DNA of 63,624 nt, counting the filler, from Reticulomyxa filosa (lineage: Eukaryota; Protista; Foraminifera), in assembly GCA_000512085.1 (NCBI GenBank). It is 17 parts of 17 records of this genome, joined end to end, with 100 filler letters (N's around TTAATTAATTAA, not from the genome) between each part and the next. Parts side by side here need not be neighbours in the genome. Positions count along the whole stretch, not along the records: positions 59,595 to 63,624 come from ASPP01026710.1; 16 more parts are not named here. The stretch is one strand, 5' to 3'. Shown here one piece after another: positions 63,244 to 63,624 of the stretch. Each line of letters starts with the position of its first letter. Positions within the stretch are counted from its first letter, which is position 1. The notes beneath the pieces are model-generated. The model was not told the DNA's origin. It made no database searches and was given only the letters and a program-made list of their open reading frames with translations. The translations under genes were made by a program, and so were the position numbers.

Positions 63244-63624
63244 TTAGTCCCTACTGTTTGACAAGTCTAAAGGATACACTGGGTAAGATTCCTCACCTTC
63301 TCGCTGGCAAGAACTGCTGTCACTTTCCGAACCAGAGTCATTTTCAGTGTTATCCCATAAGCTTAATTTATCTTTCTCTTCCGACCCTTTTTTTTTTGAG
63401 AAGAAAAAAAAAATAAGCCAAGACATAGAAAGAAGAAGAACAAACAATTGAAAGCAAATCAAACCTGAGGATTGTTTATTTTCACTGTCATCTTTTTTGG
63501 GTCGAGTACGGTTTATCAGCCTGCCGTGTTTCTCAGAGCACTTGTATTCCCATCGCAAAATTTTTCCATCCCACTATGGTGTCATGACACAATTGAATAT
63601 TTAGCAATGACGATTTTTTTTTTT
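63244..63624 (-). CDS. 3' end of a hypothetical protein
   Basis: Acidic Ser-rich terminal exon and an intron-like T/A tract at 63390-63465. Confidence 0.35.

Overview
AT-rich eukaryotic genomic DNA made of 17 short contigs joined by identical artificial 100-nt linkers (44 N + TTAATTAATTAA + 44 N, stops in all six frames), so neighbours across a linker are not proven to be adjacent. The gene families suggest a foraminiferan, probably Reticulomyxa filosa (inference): an expanded WD40 family, a divergent alpha-tubulin resembling the retarian type 2, GT-AG introns rich in poly-A/poly-T, and homopolymer frameshifts. Recognisable genes are several WD40-family genes and pseudogenes, an intronless FABP-like lipid-binding protein, a secreted and probably GPI-anchored thaumatin-like protein with three 8-Cys repeats, a BRCT-SAP-WGR PARP-like gene, a LARP4-like RNA-binding protein, a SHIP-like inositol 5-phosphatase beside a multi-SAM gene fragment, alpha-tubulin and G-alpha pseudogenes, a BRCT fragment (possibly Pol lambda), an ABCD fragment, ALY/REF, a NUDT17-like Nudix hydrolase, a multi-RRM protein, ribosomal protein eS7 with a long N-terminal extension, a bacterial-PH-like protein and transposon relics. 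The most notable signals are (i) WD40 repeats that vary at HET-E-like positions, in a family being remodelled by deletions and an inverted insertion, (ii) intronic poly-A/poly-T hairpins with A-rich 3' splice sites, (iii) an animal-type FABP in a protist context, (iv) the BRCT+SAP+WGR architecture, and (v) an unidentified ~0.9-1 kb repeat unit, one copy of which carries a 39-bp micro-inversion. No rRNA, tRNA or CRISPR array was seen. Family assignments come from motif recognition by eye, not from database searches.
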